Of a stretch of 64,000 bases of DNA, positions 63,421-64,000 are shown piece after piece. This DNA is from Octopus sinensis (lineage: Eukaryota). The notes under the pieces were generated by a model that saw nothing but the letters and a program-made list of their open reading frames with translations, searched no databases and had not been told where the DNA came from. The number at the start of each line of letters is the position of its first letter. Position 1 is the first letter of the stretch. The DNA lies in the NCBI RefSeq assembly GCF_006345805.1, contig NC_043008.1, positions 61,628,001-61,692,000 on the forward strand, written 5' to 3'. The position numbers and the translations under genes were made by a program.

Positions 63421-64000
63421 GGGAAGTAACAATTTTATTGATTATGTATCTTAGTAGTCTGGAGATATTTCAGAATAAGGTGATAGAAAGTGAAATGGAC
63501 TTCACTAATGCTGTTATACACATATATAAAGTGAGTCCCAGATGTAGTGCATCAATAAGATGTTTATGTTTTATTTGTATATCTATAATACAGGATAGGA
63601 TTGTTTGCATATTTTATATATTTATTTAAACATTTATTTCTCTGCGCTTCCATATAACCTGCATCAATTTATAAACATTTACATACACACATACATCCGT
63701 ATACACACTCATATATGCATGAATATATACATATATATGTGTATGGAAATGTAGAACGATGGAATGAAGGCTCAACACCGTATTGGTGGATAAGTAATTT
63801 CTTTATATATACACTTATATACATACATACACATATAAATGAATGGAGAAAAAAGGACAAGAAAATACAAAAACATGAGGACAGGGTACGTGCAAAGTAT
63901 TAGTAACACGTTCAGAGTAGAAAAGAAAAGGGTGTTTTCCTCAGAAACTGAAGACAAAGGCGCAAGAGAAAAGGAAGACGGAGGTAAACCAATCACCAAC

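Overview
Very AT-rich, microsatellite-dense animal DNA, almost certainly non-coding (intergenic or inside a very large intron). The SINE and repeat content resembles Octopus, but this is inferred from recall and not verified. No host gene could be supported. The window is a mosaic of mobile elements. The main one is a near-intact Penelope-like retroelement (Neptune-type: RT + Cys motif + GIY-YIG) at ~32.8-37.3 kb, between two (TA)n tracts. It has a long upstream ORF, an ATG-less RT ORF that follows a single in-frame TAG, and a 3' hammerhead-ribozyme motif with a compensated U3:A8 core. Other elements: further hammerhead motifs and PLE remnants; a young, GC-rich, 5'-truncated CR1-group LINE with a (TAAC)n tail; R4/Dong-like LINE fragments and a non-autonomous element, several of them in (AAT)n arrays; three tRNA-derived SINE families with swapped tails; non-autonomous Helitrons; Tc1/mariner/maT/Tigger and hAT-like relics; MITEs; and a perfect 254-bp palindrome. 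Most ORFs in the supplied track are microsatellite or antisense artefacts.
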